Positions 38,971 to 50,584 of a stretch of DNA of 64,000 bases are shown in pieces. The stretch lies in the NCBI RefSeq assembly GCF_035594765.1, contig NC_085842.1, positions 140,381,036 to 140,445,035 on the forward strand. The letters run 5' to 3'. Origin of the DNA: Anolis carolinensis. Taxonomy: Eukaryota. A program made the position numbers and the translations under genes. Numbering within the stretch: position 1 is the stretch's first letter; each line of letters starts with the position of its first letter. The notes under the pieces are model-generated. The model was given only the letters and a program-made list of their open reading frames with translations. It had not been told where the DNA came from and did not search any database.

Positions 38971-38985
38971 GATAGATAGATAGAT
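38906..38985. repeat. (AGAT)n tetranucleotide microsatellite at the tail of a 5S-derived SINE
   Basis: Direct reading. Confidence 0.95.
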
Positions 38986-39198
38986 GTGTCACTTGTGGAG
39001 TTATGGTGACTCCATGAGTTTCTAGAGTTTTCTTAAGTTAGGGATATTTAGAAGTTGTTTTGCTTGTTCATTTCTCTGAGGTATAGCCTACTGCACTAGG
39101 TATTCATTGTTGCTGTACTATACAATTACTAACCAAAGCTGACACTACTTAGGTTTCCAAGATCAGATGGAATCTGGTGCTTTGAGAATACTTAGGAC
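38985..39198 (-). mobile_element. Degraded 5S-derived SINE
   Basis: Reverse complement aligns with 32640-32863 (GATCTTGGAAACCTAAGTAGTGTCAGCTTTGGTTAGTA). Confidence 0.65.
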
Positions 39199-39253
39199 CA
39201 GCCGCATCTGATCCAGGAATCCTCATCTGAAAAAATAAAATAATGGTCTAGAG

Positions 39254-39388
39254 CAGTGGTTCTCAACCTGTGGGTCCCCAGGTGTTTTGCCCTACAACTC
39301 CCAGAAATCCCAGCCAGTTTACCAGCTGTTAGGATTTCTGGGAGTTAAAAGCCAAAACATCTGGGGACCCATGGGTTGAGAACCACTG
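39254..39388. mobile_element. hAT MITE family A
   Basis: Perfect TIR CAGTGGTTCTCAACC; TSD GTCTAGAG/GTCTAGAT (7/8). Confidence 0.92.
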
Positions 39389-39890
39389 GTCTAGATAGAT
39401 GTGTAGTCAAAAGAAGAAGTAATAAAACTCAATCTGAGAAAGTGTCTAGGGCATACCTAAATATGAGTATGCTCGGCCTTTGAAAATGACTTTAAAGATT
39501 TTGATCTTTGTTCCATCCAATCTTGATGAAGCTTCACTGAACACTCTCCCTTTCTTTTTCTAATATTTTATATAAGATATTTTCTATTTCATCTGACCTA
39601 CTTCATATCATTTTTAAATCTATCATTTGAACTTTCTGTTCCAAACATTGTCATTTTTGTTATTATGTTTGCATTGTTTGAGCTTGTTATATTTTCCCTT
39701 TTCATCAGTTTTAAAATTTTGCATTGTTTTAAGCAGATACCAAAACACATACATTTTTTTAAAAAAAAGACTAACCAATCATCCCCTCCTGACCTCATGC
39801 CCATCCTTTTGTGACTCTCTAGAATTCTGATAACCACAGGTGTCCTTGCAAAGTACAACAAACGCTCAGGATTTAACAGCTTTCTTGAAA

Positions 39891-39925
<35 letters not shown>

Positions 39926-40060
39926 ATAATAATAATAATAATAATGTATACCCTGCTGTTTCTCTACACAAGGAGACTCAAAGCAGCTTCCATTAAAAGC
40001 ATTTTAATACAATTCAAAATCTAAAAATATACATACATTAAAACAGAGTTAATATATATG
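39891..40060 (-). mobile_element. L2 3' end with (TAC)n(TAA)n microsatellite tail
   Basis: Microsatellite at 39891-39945 followed by the reverse L2-type terminus TGTATACCCTGC…GAGACTCAAAGCAGCTT. Confidence 0.55.
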
Positions 40061-41480
40061 GTATTTAAATAATCACAGTTTAAAAAAATCTCCAGCTGTC
40101 CAATTTGAAGACATCTTTATAGTGCCCGAACAGTATAAGTACAGACTGCTCACTAAAAAAAACTGTAAAAGAGAAATATTATGTTGGGAGGTGAGAATAT
40201 GAGTGGAATAACTTAAGAAAGGAACCAAAACAACCCTTTTCATATATAGTTCCTTCAAGTACAGTACCACCAGAATGTCTTCAATGTTCTGGTGCTAAAT
40301 GAATCTTTCATTGTCACATAGGCACACAGCTATTCACGGTCAAGCTGAAAATGGGAACCTTAACCAATTGTTGGGTTTTCATGCGTTCTTTCCAGATTTT
40401 TCCATTTCTCCCAATTTCCACTGTGTGAGGAGTGTGGAACAAGCTTGGGGGAAACCCCTAGCCACTTTCATGGAAAGAAAATATATACAGAAAGCAGACA
40501 TGGTGTCATCCAAGACATAGAGATTTTTTATGCAGAAGGTTCCCACTTCAGTCTTTGCCATCTTCACATAAAGTTAAGAAGCACTCTTCCTTCAACACCT
40601 GGAAAGCTTCTGCCAGATATAGGAGACAATAGGGGGCTAGATGGATCAATCAACTGACAGTCTAAAGAAGGTAGCTTGGTCTATGAATTAAAATGTAGCA
40701 ACCATTTTCATCAGATATTTGAATCCAACACCTCATCCAAGGGATTACAAGAATTCTAACCCCCCTTCCTTCAGATGATTAGAGATAAAAAAAAGATAGC
40801 TTTGGGAACTGGATATGGATGATGATGGCCTTAATGTATAATGCTCAGGGCACATACCAAAGAGATGACTACGATCAAGAGCCTGGCCTTTTCTCTGCCT
40901 AGAGACTATACCCCCTCCCTTCTTGTTCTTTCTGGGGAACAGGGATTGTCCCAAACAACCTTGTCTAAAATCTGCCAACAGAAACTCCAAAGATTCCTCA
41001 ACAAAACCTGGTGGGTTTTTTTCCAGGAGTGGGAGATATTTGTTTTGAAAGAGCAAATGTTCTGGACATTTAAAAATAGTGTCCTGAATCTCCATAGCTT
41101 GGCATGTTCCGTCACGGGTTAGTGTGCCCCAGGCTACGAAGCTCTTTGTTAAATACACCTCAATCCTCCCTGATGAGCCACTTGCACTGAAAAAGCTACA
41201 TCTGACATGATACAGATGGTGAGCACAGGGAGACAAGCAGCAAAGACTCTGCAGTACACTTTGGGGGTCCCAGGGATTTTTTTTTTATGGAGGGGCTTTT
41301 CAACACCTGCTGTAACTCTAATCCTTCACCTTTTTGCAGACAGCCATGAAGGCACTCAGGGAGGTAACAAATACTGGCAGATTTTAAATAGCAATCTCCC
41401 ATGTGTGGCTAAATGGTTGGCACCTACTTTATGAAACAATTAATTATAATAATGGAATAAATTACAAACATGAGATGAAC

Positions 41481-41578
41481 ATGGGTGCTTTGAATGTGAT
41501 TGTCCTGCTCCTTGGAAGGGGGTTGAACTCGATGGCCCATGAGGACTCTTCCAACTCTATGATTCTGTGATTCTATGA
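41481..41578 (+). mobile_element. Short CR1 3' end
   Basis: Matches 19031-19133, including the (TTCTATGA)-like tail. Confidence 0.85.
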
Positions 41579-41722
41579 AACAAAAATAAGTCCCTTTCCC
41601 ATTTATTAAAAATGGATTTACTCCCTGATCTTCCAGGAGCCATGAACTACCTGTAGATCTCAAGTAGCAATGTCTAGCTCAGTAATGGTGGATGCAGAAT
41701 TTAATAATCTATAGGCTCAGAC

Positions 41723-42556
41723 CAGAGCCGGCCCTAGGTATTTTTCAAGTGTAGGCGAACAGAATTTTGGCGCCCCCCCCCCCCCAAACCAATCACTGAA
41801 AAATAAAAGCGTTGGATAAGCGAAAATGTTGGATAATAAGGAAAGATAAAGGAAAAGCCTATTAAACATCAAATTACATTATGATTTTACAAATTAAGCA
41901 CCAAAACATCATGTTTTACAACAAATCAATAGAAAAAGCAGTTCAATACATGGTAATGTTATGTAGGAATTACTATATTTGCGAATTTAGCACTAAACCT
42001 TGAACAGGGATATAGGGCAGTGTGGATTTAGATAACCCAGATAGCCCTCAGTATTAAAAAAAAAACTCTAAAATCAGGACAATAAATAAAGAACAACACT
42101 CTGAAAACAGAAGAAATCCAGACAGTAAACAATCAGGGACAGCTAACTCCTCCCAAAAAAAGATTCTCCCAGGCAAGAAGAAGCCAGGCCTTGAAGCCAC
42201 AGGGCCATTAAACGCTAATCAAGGTGATTAATTACAACATTCACACCTGCTTCAAAGAAAAGTTCTTTCTCCCACCCTGGACCTTCTACAGATATATAAA
42301 CCCCACATACCTAGCTTCCAAGTTCCCACAGACCTCACAATCTCTGAAGGCCCCAAAGGTGGGCTCCCGTGGTGCGAAGGTGGGTCTGTGCTGGCCGGAA
42401 AGCCCAGCACAGGCACCGGGAGGCCCAGCGTGGCCGCCGGAAGGCCCAAAAGAGAAGGAGGTGGAGAGTGGTGCCCTCCTCCCAGGACGATGGCGCCCCT
42501 GGGACGATGGCGCCACAGACAAGTGCCTAGTTCGCCTTATGGTTGGACCGCCTCTG
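41723..42556 (+). mobile_element. Composite non-autonomous hAT (Tip100-like ends), copy 2
   Basis: Ends CAGAGCCGGCCC…GGACCGCCTCTG; perfect 8-bp TSD GCTCAGAC (41715-41722, 42557-42564). Confidence 0.93.
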
Positions 42557-43185
42557 GCTCAGACACAGAGGCAATCCTAGAACCTGGCAAATGCAGCAAA
42601 GATTTAACCAGAATTCCCCACCAAGTTGTGAACTCTACACTCCAGTCACTATAATAGGTTATCATGAACAAGTGCATTTGATATAGGATCTAAAGAACCA
42701 GAACAGTAATCAGACTCCTTCCCACAAATATCCCATGGAGTTGTAAATGTTAACATTCAGAGAAAAAGTTTGGTAATTTCACTTCAGACTAGAATATTTC
42801 ACAAATGTAAGACAAGATAATTGTAACATTGAGAAAGATTTTCAGGATTTCTTTTGGTAATCAGCTAACACAGCACTGTGTAGTGAGGGACCCATTTCTC
42901 CTACAACTCTCTGTAGGCAGCACCAATGTATCAGCAGACCACTAGAAGCGATGCAACATTATTCCCATTCTTCAATTAAGCTGGTTTGTACAGATCTATG
43001 AGGTTGGCAGTGGTTTCCGCAGGATCAGAGAAGGATGGAAAACGCCACATTTATGGCCAATTTGGATCTGTTTGAGGTTTTTTAGAGGGTAAACCACCTG
43101 CAAAATATTACAGATACTTGGGGAGGGTGGGCTTCGAGGACTGCAAAAGTGGGGCTAAGGGGCATTTGTTGTGCTGCTGGCTCTA

Positions 43186-43386
43186 GGGTGCATCTACACT
43201 GTAGAACTAATGCAGCTTGACACCACTTCATCAGCTATAGTTCAATTCTGTGGAATTATGGAAGTTGTTGTTTTTCAACGTCTGCCAAAGAGTGTTGATG
43301 CCAAACTAAACTACAAATCCCAGAATTCCATAGCACGAAAGCATGGCAGTTAAAACTGCACTAATTCTACAGCATAGTTGCATCGC
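43186..43386. mobile_element. Harbinger-type palindromic MITE
   Basis: GGGTGCATCTACACTGTAGAA / TTCTACAGCATAGTTGCATCGC; same family as 20656-20875. Confidence 0.75.
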
Positions 43387-44157
43387 TTGATTCTCTGGTA
43401 AGAATGAAGTTTAAAGGCATCAGAAATTTAAACAAGCTTGAAGTAAAGCAATCAAACACTTCTGATCGTATACAACAAGCCAAATGACTAGTTCCCTTTA
43501 CATTCTATTTTATACATTTACAGCAGGTGAAAACAAGCTAAAATAAGCTTATCAATATTCCAGGATGTACAAACCCAAACAGATCTCACCCAGTCCCTGG
43601 CTTCTGTTATTTCAGAGATAGTCAGACTTCAGGAACATGTTAGGTTAGTGACTCCCAAAGAATACAATGCGATCCCCCAACACTGCACTCTGGTGTCTTC
43701 TCCCCTTTTCTTCTTTCTCTCAGATGCCAAACCAGTTTAAAAAAACAATAAGCACCAACTCAAAGTCTAAGGCCCCACCTACAGTTCTACATAATCAGAT
43801 AAGTATCTATGTGGTATACAGCTCCATATTTGGTACAACATAACCCATTTTGCTAGGAAAGGTGCCATATAGGGTAGAGTTGTGTGTGCCAGTAATGCCC
43901 ATGGAGCATGCCACAATATTTCTGTTACATAAGAACGTGATCTATTGGTCTTTATGTACTGAACTTATTACCCTTACAAATATGCATTCCACACTATGTA
44001 ATTTAATCAAGTATGTATTTATTTAACAAAAACATCATGCTTCGTGGCACTTTCCAGATAGCTCAATTAGACACATGAATTTGGGGTTTTCCAGTCCATC
44101 ACTGGGGTCTTCCTTCCTTCTTTCAGGCTATTATTAGCATCAGCTGGATTATAGCAA

Positions 44158-45218
44158 TCATAGAATCATAAAGTTGAAAGAGATCTCATGGGCCATCCAG
44201 TCCAACCCCTTACCAAGAAGGAGGAAAATCACATTCAAAGCACCCCCGAGAGATGGCCATCCAGCTTCTGCTTAAAAGCCTCCAAAGAAGGAGCCTTCAC
44301 AACACTCCGGGGCAGAGAGTTCCACAGCTCTCGCAGTGAGGAAGTTCTTCCTGATGTTCAGGTGGAATCTCCTTTCCTGTAGTTTAAAGCCATTGTTCCG
44401 CGTCCTAGTCTCCAGGGCAGCAGAAAGCAAGCTTGCTCCCTCCTCCCTATGACTTCCCCTCACATATTTATACATGGCTATCATGTCCCCTCTCAGCCTT
44501 CTCTTCTGCAGGCTAGACATACCCAGCTCTTTAAGCCACTCCTCATAGGGCTTGTTCTCCAGACCCTTAATCATTTTAGTCACCCTCCTCTGGACACCTT
44601 CCAACTTGTCAACATCTCCTTTCAACTGCGGTAACCAGAATTGGACACAGTATTCCAGGTGTGGTCTGACCAAGGCAGAATAGAGGGGCAGCATGACTTC
44701 CCTGGATCTAGACGCTATACCCCTATTGGTGTAGGCCCAAATCCCATTGGCTTTTTTATCCGCCACATCACATTGTTGGCTCATGTTTAACTTCTTGTCC
44801 ATGAAGACTCCAAGATCCTTTTCACACGTACTGCTGTCAAGCCAGGCGTCCCACATTCTGTATCTTTGCATTTCATTTTTTCTGCCTAAGTGGAGTATCT
44901 TGCATTTGTCCCTAATGAACTTCATTTTGTTAGTTTCGGCCCATCTCTCTAATCGGTTAAGATTGTTTTGAATTCTGTTCTTGTCTTCTGGAGTATTAGC
45001 TATCCCTCCCAATTTGGTGTCATCTGCAAACATGTCTTCTAACCCTTCTTCTAAGTTATTAATAAAGATGTTAAACAGAACCGAGCCCACCACTATTGAA
45101 AAAAAGAGATCAAATTAGTTTGGCATGACTTCTTTTTGATAAATCAGGTTGACTATTAGTGATGACTGCATTCCTTTCTAAGTGTTTGCAAACCACTTCC
45201 TTAACTATCTTTTCCAGA
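44158..45218 (-). mobile_element. 5'-truncated CR1 LINE with internal deletions, retaining the RT FADD motif
   Basis: Peptide LFNIFINNL…FADDTKLGG…KCKILHLG…RPHLEYCVQFW; upstream piece LEKIVKEVVCKHLERNAVITNSQ…KSCQTNLISFF; (TCATAGAA)-type tail at 44158-44170. Confidence 0.96.
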
Positions 45219-48200
45219 TAGTTAAAGAAATTCCAGCCATAAGACCAGCAGCCAAGGATCCTCCAGGCCACTAACTACCTCAGTCCTAAAAGTAGACTGT
45301 AGAGAAATAACTGAGATGAAAGTTAATTTATTAATTTATATTAGTCTTAACAATTTGACCTTACAATTTGCTCTGTATCCTAAGTGTGTCTCAATTGAGC
45401 TCAGAACAGTGTTCTAGATACTCAATAATCTTGAGATATATGTTTTCTTGTGATATCCAGGAGCTTCATAGTAGATCTAGGGGTCTGAACTTACATTCTT
45501 ATATCCAGACCCAGCCTGGGCTTTTTTGTCACACTGGATCTGACCTTCTTAGAACAGCAGTCCCAATCAAAGAGGAAGTAACAAACACAGGTTAAGTACA
45601 TTCAAATGGTAAAATAATGTGAACATGAGGGCAGCGGAAAGGAATAAGCAAGACTGAAAGAGGCAGAACATTTGAAGTCCACTGAAGATTTAATTAAAGT
45701 GCACAGGAGTCCACCTTATCACACCAGCAATGGCTCAGAATGGCAGGGTGTCTGGTTTTTGATTGACTGCTTAAAAAGAATAGGCATATGTGATAAAGTA
45801 ATCAACATACATAATTATTGAAAAAGCCTTTTATCTTTAACTAGAATTGTGTGTCAACTTTCTGATAACATATTTAAAGAAAAATACAGGGAAGTGGAAA
45901 TTTAAAAACAGAGTAGTAGAGATAGTAACAGGTATGTATACTTGTAGCAGGTATTGAAACTCTACTTTTAGGAAAATTGAGAAAACTGTTGGTTAGAATG
46001 GCAAGAAGAGTACTATATTACCACAGCATTAGCATATACATATTTCTGCACAAGAACTTGGTGTTTTTTCCCATTTCCTTTCACCAATAGGAGAATGTTT
46101 TTCCAGCAGCATGTAAAACAGAGTTGGGAAGCATTATGGTATATGGACCACATGTTCCCTAAGACCTATTTTTACAAGCCTAAGAGCTTCTGTAGCCCAC
46201 TCTCTGGTCAAAAAGACTTGGTACATATCTCTTTAATGGACACTGTCTATATTCTCTTTCGGTCTCCATATACCTAATTCCCTCCATGTACAGACAAGCA
46301 AATCTCCTCCAAGAAATCTCTAGAAACAACAAAAAGTAACAAGAATTTTCCAAATGTGTTATAAGACATGAACACATATATAGCATATATATGTGAAACC
46401 GAACTGTACATTTGCCCTCCACTCTCACCACAGTATTCTATTTTTTTTTAATCTGACCCTGGTCATGACGACTTTCAAATAACCACTTTATGGGCAATCA
46501 GGCAGTAATTAACTTCTTCCTAATATCCATAAATTGCTGTTGCCAGAGCAGCTTTGCAACTCTCGAGTAACTTATTCAGTAGTAAACACAAGCCCCTTCC
46601 AAAGGCAGCCTTATTTCCTCTGCACTGCAGCGCCCTGGATCTGCCATGATCGGCCCCCACACCTGCCCTGCCAGGAGGCCTTTATTTAGCACTAACATTC
46701 ATCACCCCGACTGAGCACATAAATAATGCCATTAGCCACTCCAAGCAGTGATAAAATTAGCAGTGTAAACAGAGAAAGTAAATGACCTTAGTGGAAAACC
46801 ATTGTTGATTCTGACCCAACACTTACAAAGGAGATTAGTCAGAGAATAGCAGGGCAAGATGACAGGGGCTCCTGAGGACTGTTTAAAAACCCAGAGTCTC
46901 CTGAATGTTTATTCTTAGGAAAAGATCTAAGTCCCTTATAAGATTTGTGGATCTCAAAATGGGAGGCGCTTAAATTAAGTTCTTCCCTAATAGTAGTTGG
47001 ATTAGATAAAGAAATTCCTTATTGATCAACTGTTTTTAACTCCTCTTCCCAACCACTGCCCATGTGTCCAGTTTAGAAGAAGAGACAGTAAGCTGAAAGG
47101 AAAGTTTATTCTCCCATGTAGTTTACTTTTGTAACACCCTCTATCTTCAGTTCCCCTCCCCCCAACTCCATCCTGCCACAGCATTAAAAGAATCCTAAAA
47201 ATGATAATAATCACAAAAGATATGAAGTGACTCAAGAACTGGAAAGCTTATTTACGGAAATGTTAAGTGTCTCACTCCCACATCTTGAACTTGAAAGTGA
47301 CTGAAAACCACTGTGCTTATAGAAGGATCCTCTAATATGCATTGATGTGGGAGGTACTTGCATGTTTTCAACTTACAACTGCTCAATACAATGGTATAAT
47401 GTGGTCCAGCAAATAATCATGTGGAATACCCCTTATATATATGGCAAGGATTTCTATTCATTTACATCTTCACTTGAGGAAGTGTTAAACACCAAGTCAC
47501 ACAAACAACTTACTGAAATAAGAGGTTGGTTTGTGGAATCTGTCTCCTTCACCATCTGCCCCATCTTAGATCACAGTAGGAGATGAAGGCAGAGGAAGTA
47601 ACAACTAAGGGTTGAAAATGAGGGAGGGTGTGAGTTCAAGATGGGTGGGTGGAATGGAAAAGGAAAAAATAGTCAGTTTCTTGGATCTATCCCTCTTCCC
47701 CTGCGTCAATGTTAGCTCTGGTCTTCCATTACTCTGTTTGGGCTTTTGGAAAGCAAATAGATCTAGGAGTCACATAAACCTTGGTTTGTGGTCTATCAAA
47801 TACTTGCACAAGCATCTGCAGCAGCATCTAGATATGCCAAGGAAGTTAGGAAAATCTGGTAGTTCATGAAAGCAAGCTACAGAAATATTCAGACCTCAAT
47901 GTGATGTGCAGCAGGTCCTGGGAGTTCTTGCACTGCTCATTCCAGAAAGCCATTGAAGAATTGACGGGAGGGATTTTTGGCAGCGAATCCTATTGGGTCA
48001 AATCTTTTTGTGTGCTAACTGACATCAACAGGATATGTTGATCTGCACTGAAGACAGTTCAATTGATATGGAGTACATCCCATAGATCTCCTCCATATTA
48101 ATCAAATTTATAAAGGGTCATTCTGAACGGGATAGCAAGGTTCTAACAATATTACTGAAAAGATAAACATGAAGAAGCTCACAGGGCAGGTGGCTGAAAG

Positions 48201-49534
48201 ACAAAAGGAAAAGTGGACAACAAACTGAGGAATATACAGAAATCTGGTGTAAAAATAGATAAGTGGCTAGGGAAAGGAATAACTGTGTTGAATTGGAAGC
48301 AATAGAAATATCATACAACATGTTTTAAAAGTCAGGGCTGAGCTACTCAAAGCAGGGGTCCCTGGACTGGTGCCAGTTTGCAAGCCATCAGCTGCCCATT
48401 CACAGATCATTTCAAGGCAATCTTTGCTTGTACACAACAGGAACAAAAATGGTAATATCCCCTACACATTACAAAATACATTTCTAAGGCCAAGGTTACT
48501 ATTTTTATGTGTGCGTTTTCAAATATGGCAGAGGGGCAGGGAAACACTTTGAGAATTATTTTGATATGGACAAGAACAGGGATGGCTAATATAGCTCCAG
48601 TTTAAAAAACATATAGTAAGTCATCTTTGAGAAATCAAGCTGATGTTTATTTTGACTCTAGACTGACTTAGATTTAATTCTATTCAGTTCTATTTCAAAC
48701 CAAACAATGAGAAATGGTCTAGAGGTTAATAAATTAAATGTTGTGAAGCCCTGAAAATGGTCACTAACAGGGGTGAATTGCTATATACTGCACTTAAGGC
48801 ACCCTACAATTGACCTATCTACTCTCGGCAATTAATTTCACATTGCTATTATTACCATATCTTGGAGAAAGATAAATTGAAGTGCTGAAAGAATAAATAC
48901 ATTGTGCAAGCTAACATATGGCACTGAGCCCCGACACCAGTTTTTTTTTGTTAAAAAAAATACAGATTTAGTGTGAAGAGGAGACGGGTAAAATGGGGAA
49001 GAGCTTTCTGAACAAAGCTCCTCCTTTATGAATTGCACTTCTGAGCAACCTTCCCCACATAAAGCTGTTAAGTACATACATAGCAGATGCAAGCAAATGA
49101 AAGGAAAGAGCTGACAAGAGGGTTCCAGTCATTGCCATAGGTTGGAATGCTGGCTAGAAGCAAGGTAAATGTTACACTGTGGAGAAGAAGGAGAAATGCA
49201 GAAAGCTGGAGAAGAGAGAAAAATGGTGGTTGAACATAGCTAGAGCTAGTAGAGCTGATTTACTAAGGCAGCAGCCAAACATAGCAAGGCAGCTTTGGCT
49301 TAAAAACAGAATGAAAACTTGGGCAATGCTTACATGGAGAAGGCAGGAAGTGCCTGCTGCTTAATTTATCTGTTTCCAGGGTGTCTTTGGGGCAGCTGAT
49401 AACAAAACTGAGCTAACCCTGAACAGAATGGTAGTGTAACCCAGGAAAACCACATCATCATTACATCAACTGAATTATTGTAAAAACTGTTATGCCAGTA
49501 TATCGGATTGAAAGCAATATGGTAATCTGAATTC

Positions 49535-50090
49535 ATTGTTGTTGTTTATTCATTCATTCGCTTCCAATTCTTCATGACCTCATGGACCAGCCAACGCCAG
49601 AGCTCCCTGTCGGCCGTCACCACCTTCTTCAAGGTCAAGCCAGTCACCTCAAGGATACCATCCATCCATCTTGCCCTTGGTCAGCCTCTCTTTCTTTTTC
49701 TTTCGATTTCCCCCAGCATCATTGCCTTCTCCAAGCTTTTCTGTTATCTCATTATGTGGCCAAAGTACTTCATCTTTGCCTCTAATATCCTTCCCTCCAG
49801 TGAGCAGCCGGTCATTATTTCCTGGAGGATGGACTGGTTGGATCTTCTTGCGGTCCAAGGCACTCTCAGGATTTTCCTCCAAAACCACAGTTCAAAAGTG
49901 TCCGTCTTCTTTCGCTTCCTTATGGTCCATCTCTTGCATCCACAGGTTACTGTGGGGAATACCATTGGTTTAACTATGCAGACCTTTGTTACCAGTGTGA
50001 TGTCTCTACTCTTCCCTTTTTATCGAGATTGGTCATTGCTCTCCTCCCAGGAATTAAACGTCTTCAGATTTCCTGGCTGCAGTCTGCTTC
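49535..50090 (-). mobile_element. BovB-like RTE LINE 3' fragment
   Basis: Peptide MVFP.VT.GC..WTI.K…FELWFWRKILRVPWTARRSNQSILQEI…SLEG.IL..K.KYFGHIMR; (CAA)n tail. Confidence 0.92.
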
Positions 50091-50261
50091 CTGTAAACCT
50101 AGGATATTTGGAAGGATTTTTAAGAGTCATTCCAGATCAGTACACTATTGGACCTTGATGCGCAAGTGTGATGCCTGCCTCTTAGGCAGAATCTCAGAGT
50201 GGGAACTTATATTAGGAATTGGGATAGATGCTATGAGTTTTGTGATTGGAGTACATGAGTA

Positions 50262-50584
50262 CAGTAGAGTCTCACTTATCCAACATAAATGGGCCGGCAG
50301 AATCTTGGATAAGCGAATATGTTGGATAATAAGGAGACATTAAGGAAAAGTTTATTAAACATCAAATTAGGTTATGATTTTACAAATTAAGCATCAAAAC
50401 ATCATGTTATACAACAAATTTGACAGAAAAAGTAGTCCAATACGCAGTAATGCTATGTAATAATTACTGTATTTACAAATTTAGCACCAAAATATCACGG
50501 TATATTGAAAACATTGGCTACAAAAATGTGTTGGATAATCCAGAACATTGGATAAGTGAGTGTTGGATAAGTGAGACTCTACTG
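50262..50584 (+). mobile_element. Tc1/mariner MITE
   Basis: Perfect TIR CAGTAGAGTCTCACTTATCCAACA/TGTTGGATAAGTGAGACTCTACTG; TA TSD. Confidence 0.95.

Noticed and set aside
40410-40510. Peptide LCEECGTSLGETPSHFHGKKIY resembling a LIM zinc finger
   Set aside because: Remaining zinc ligands are missing and there is no compatible donor; likely coincidence
40745-41236. 163-aa minus-strand ORF with overlapping 93-aa and 69-aa ORFs
   Set aside because: No recognisable domain and no convincing splice sites; cannot be distinguished from chance or a very old repeat
42224-42580. 118-aa ORF nearly identical to the 138-aa ORF at 24875-25291
   Set aside because: Similarity reflects the two transposon copies; the ORF spans a junction between captured modules and has no transposase motifs
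49574-50158. 194-aa plus-strand ORF
   Set aside because: Antisense frame of the BovB-like RTE fragment
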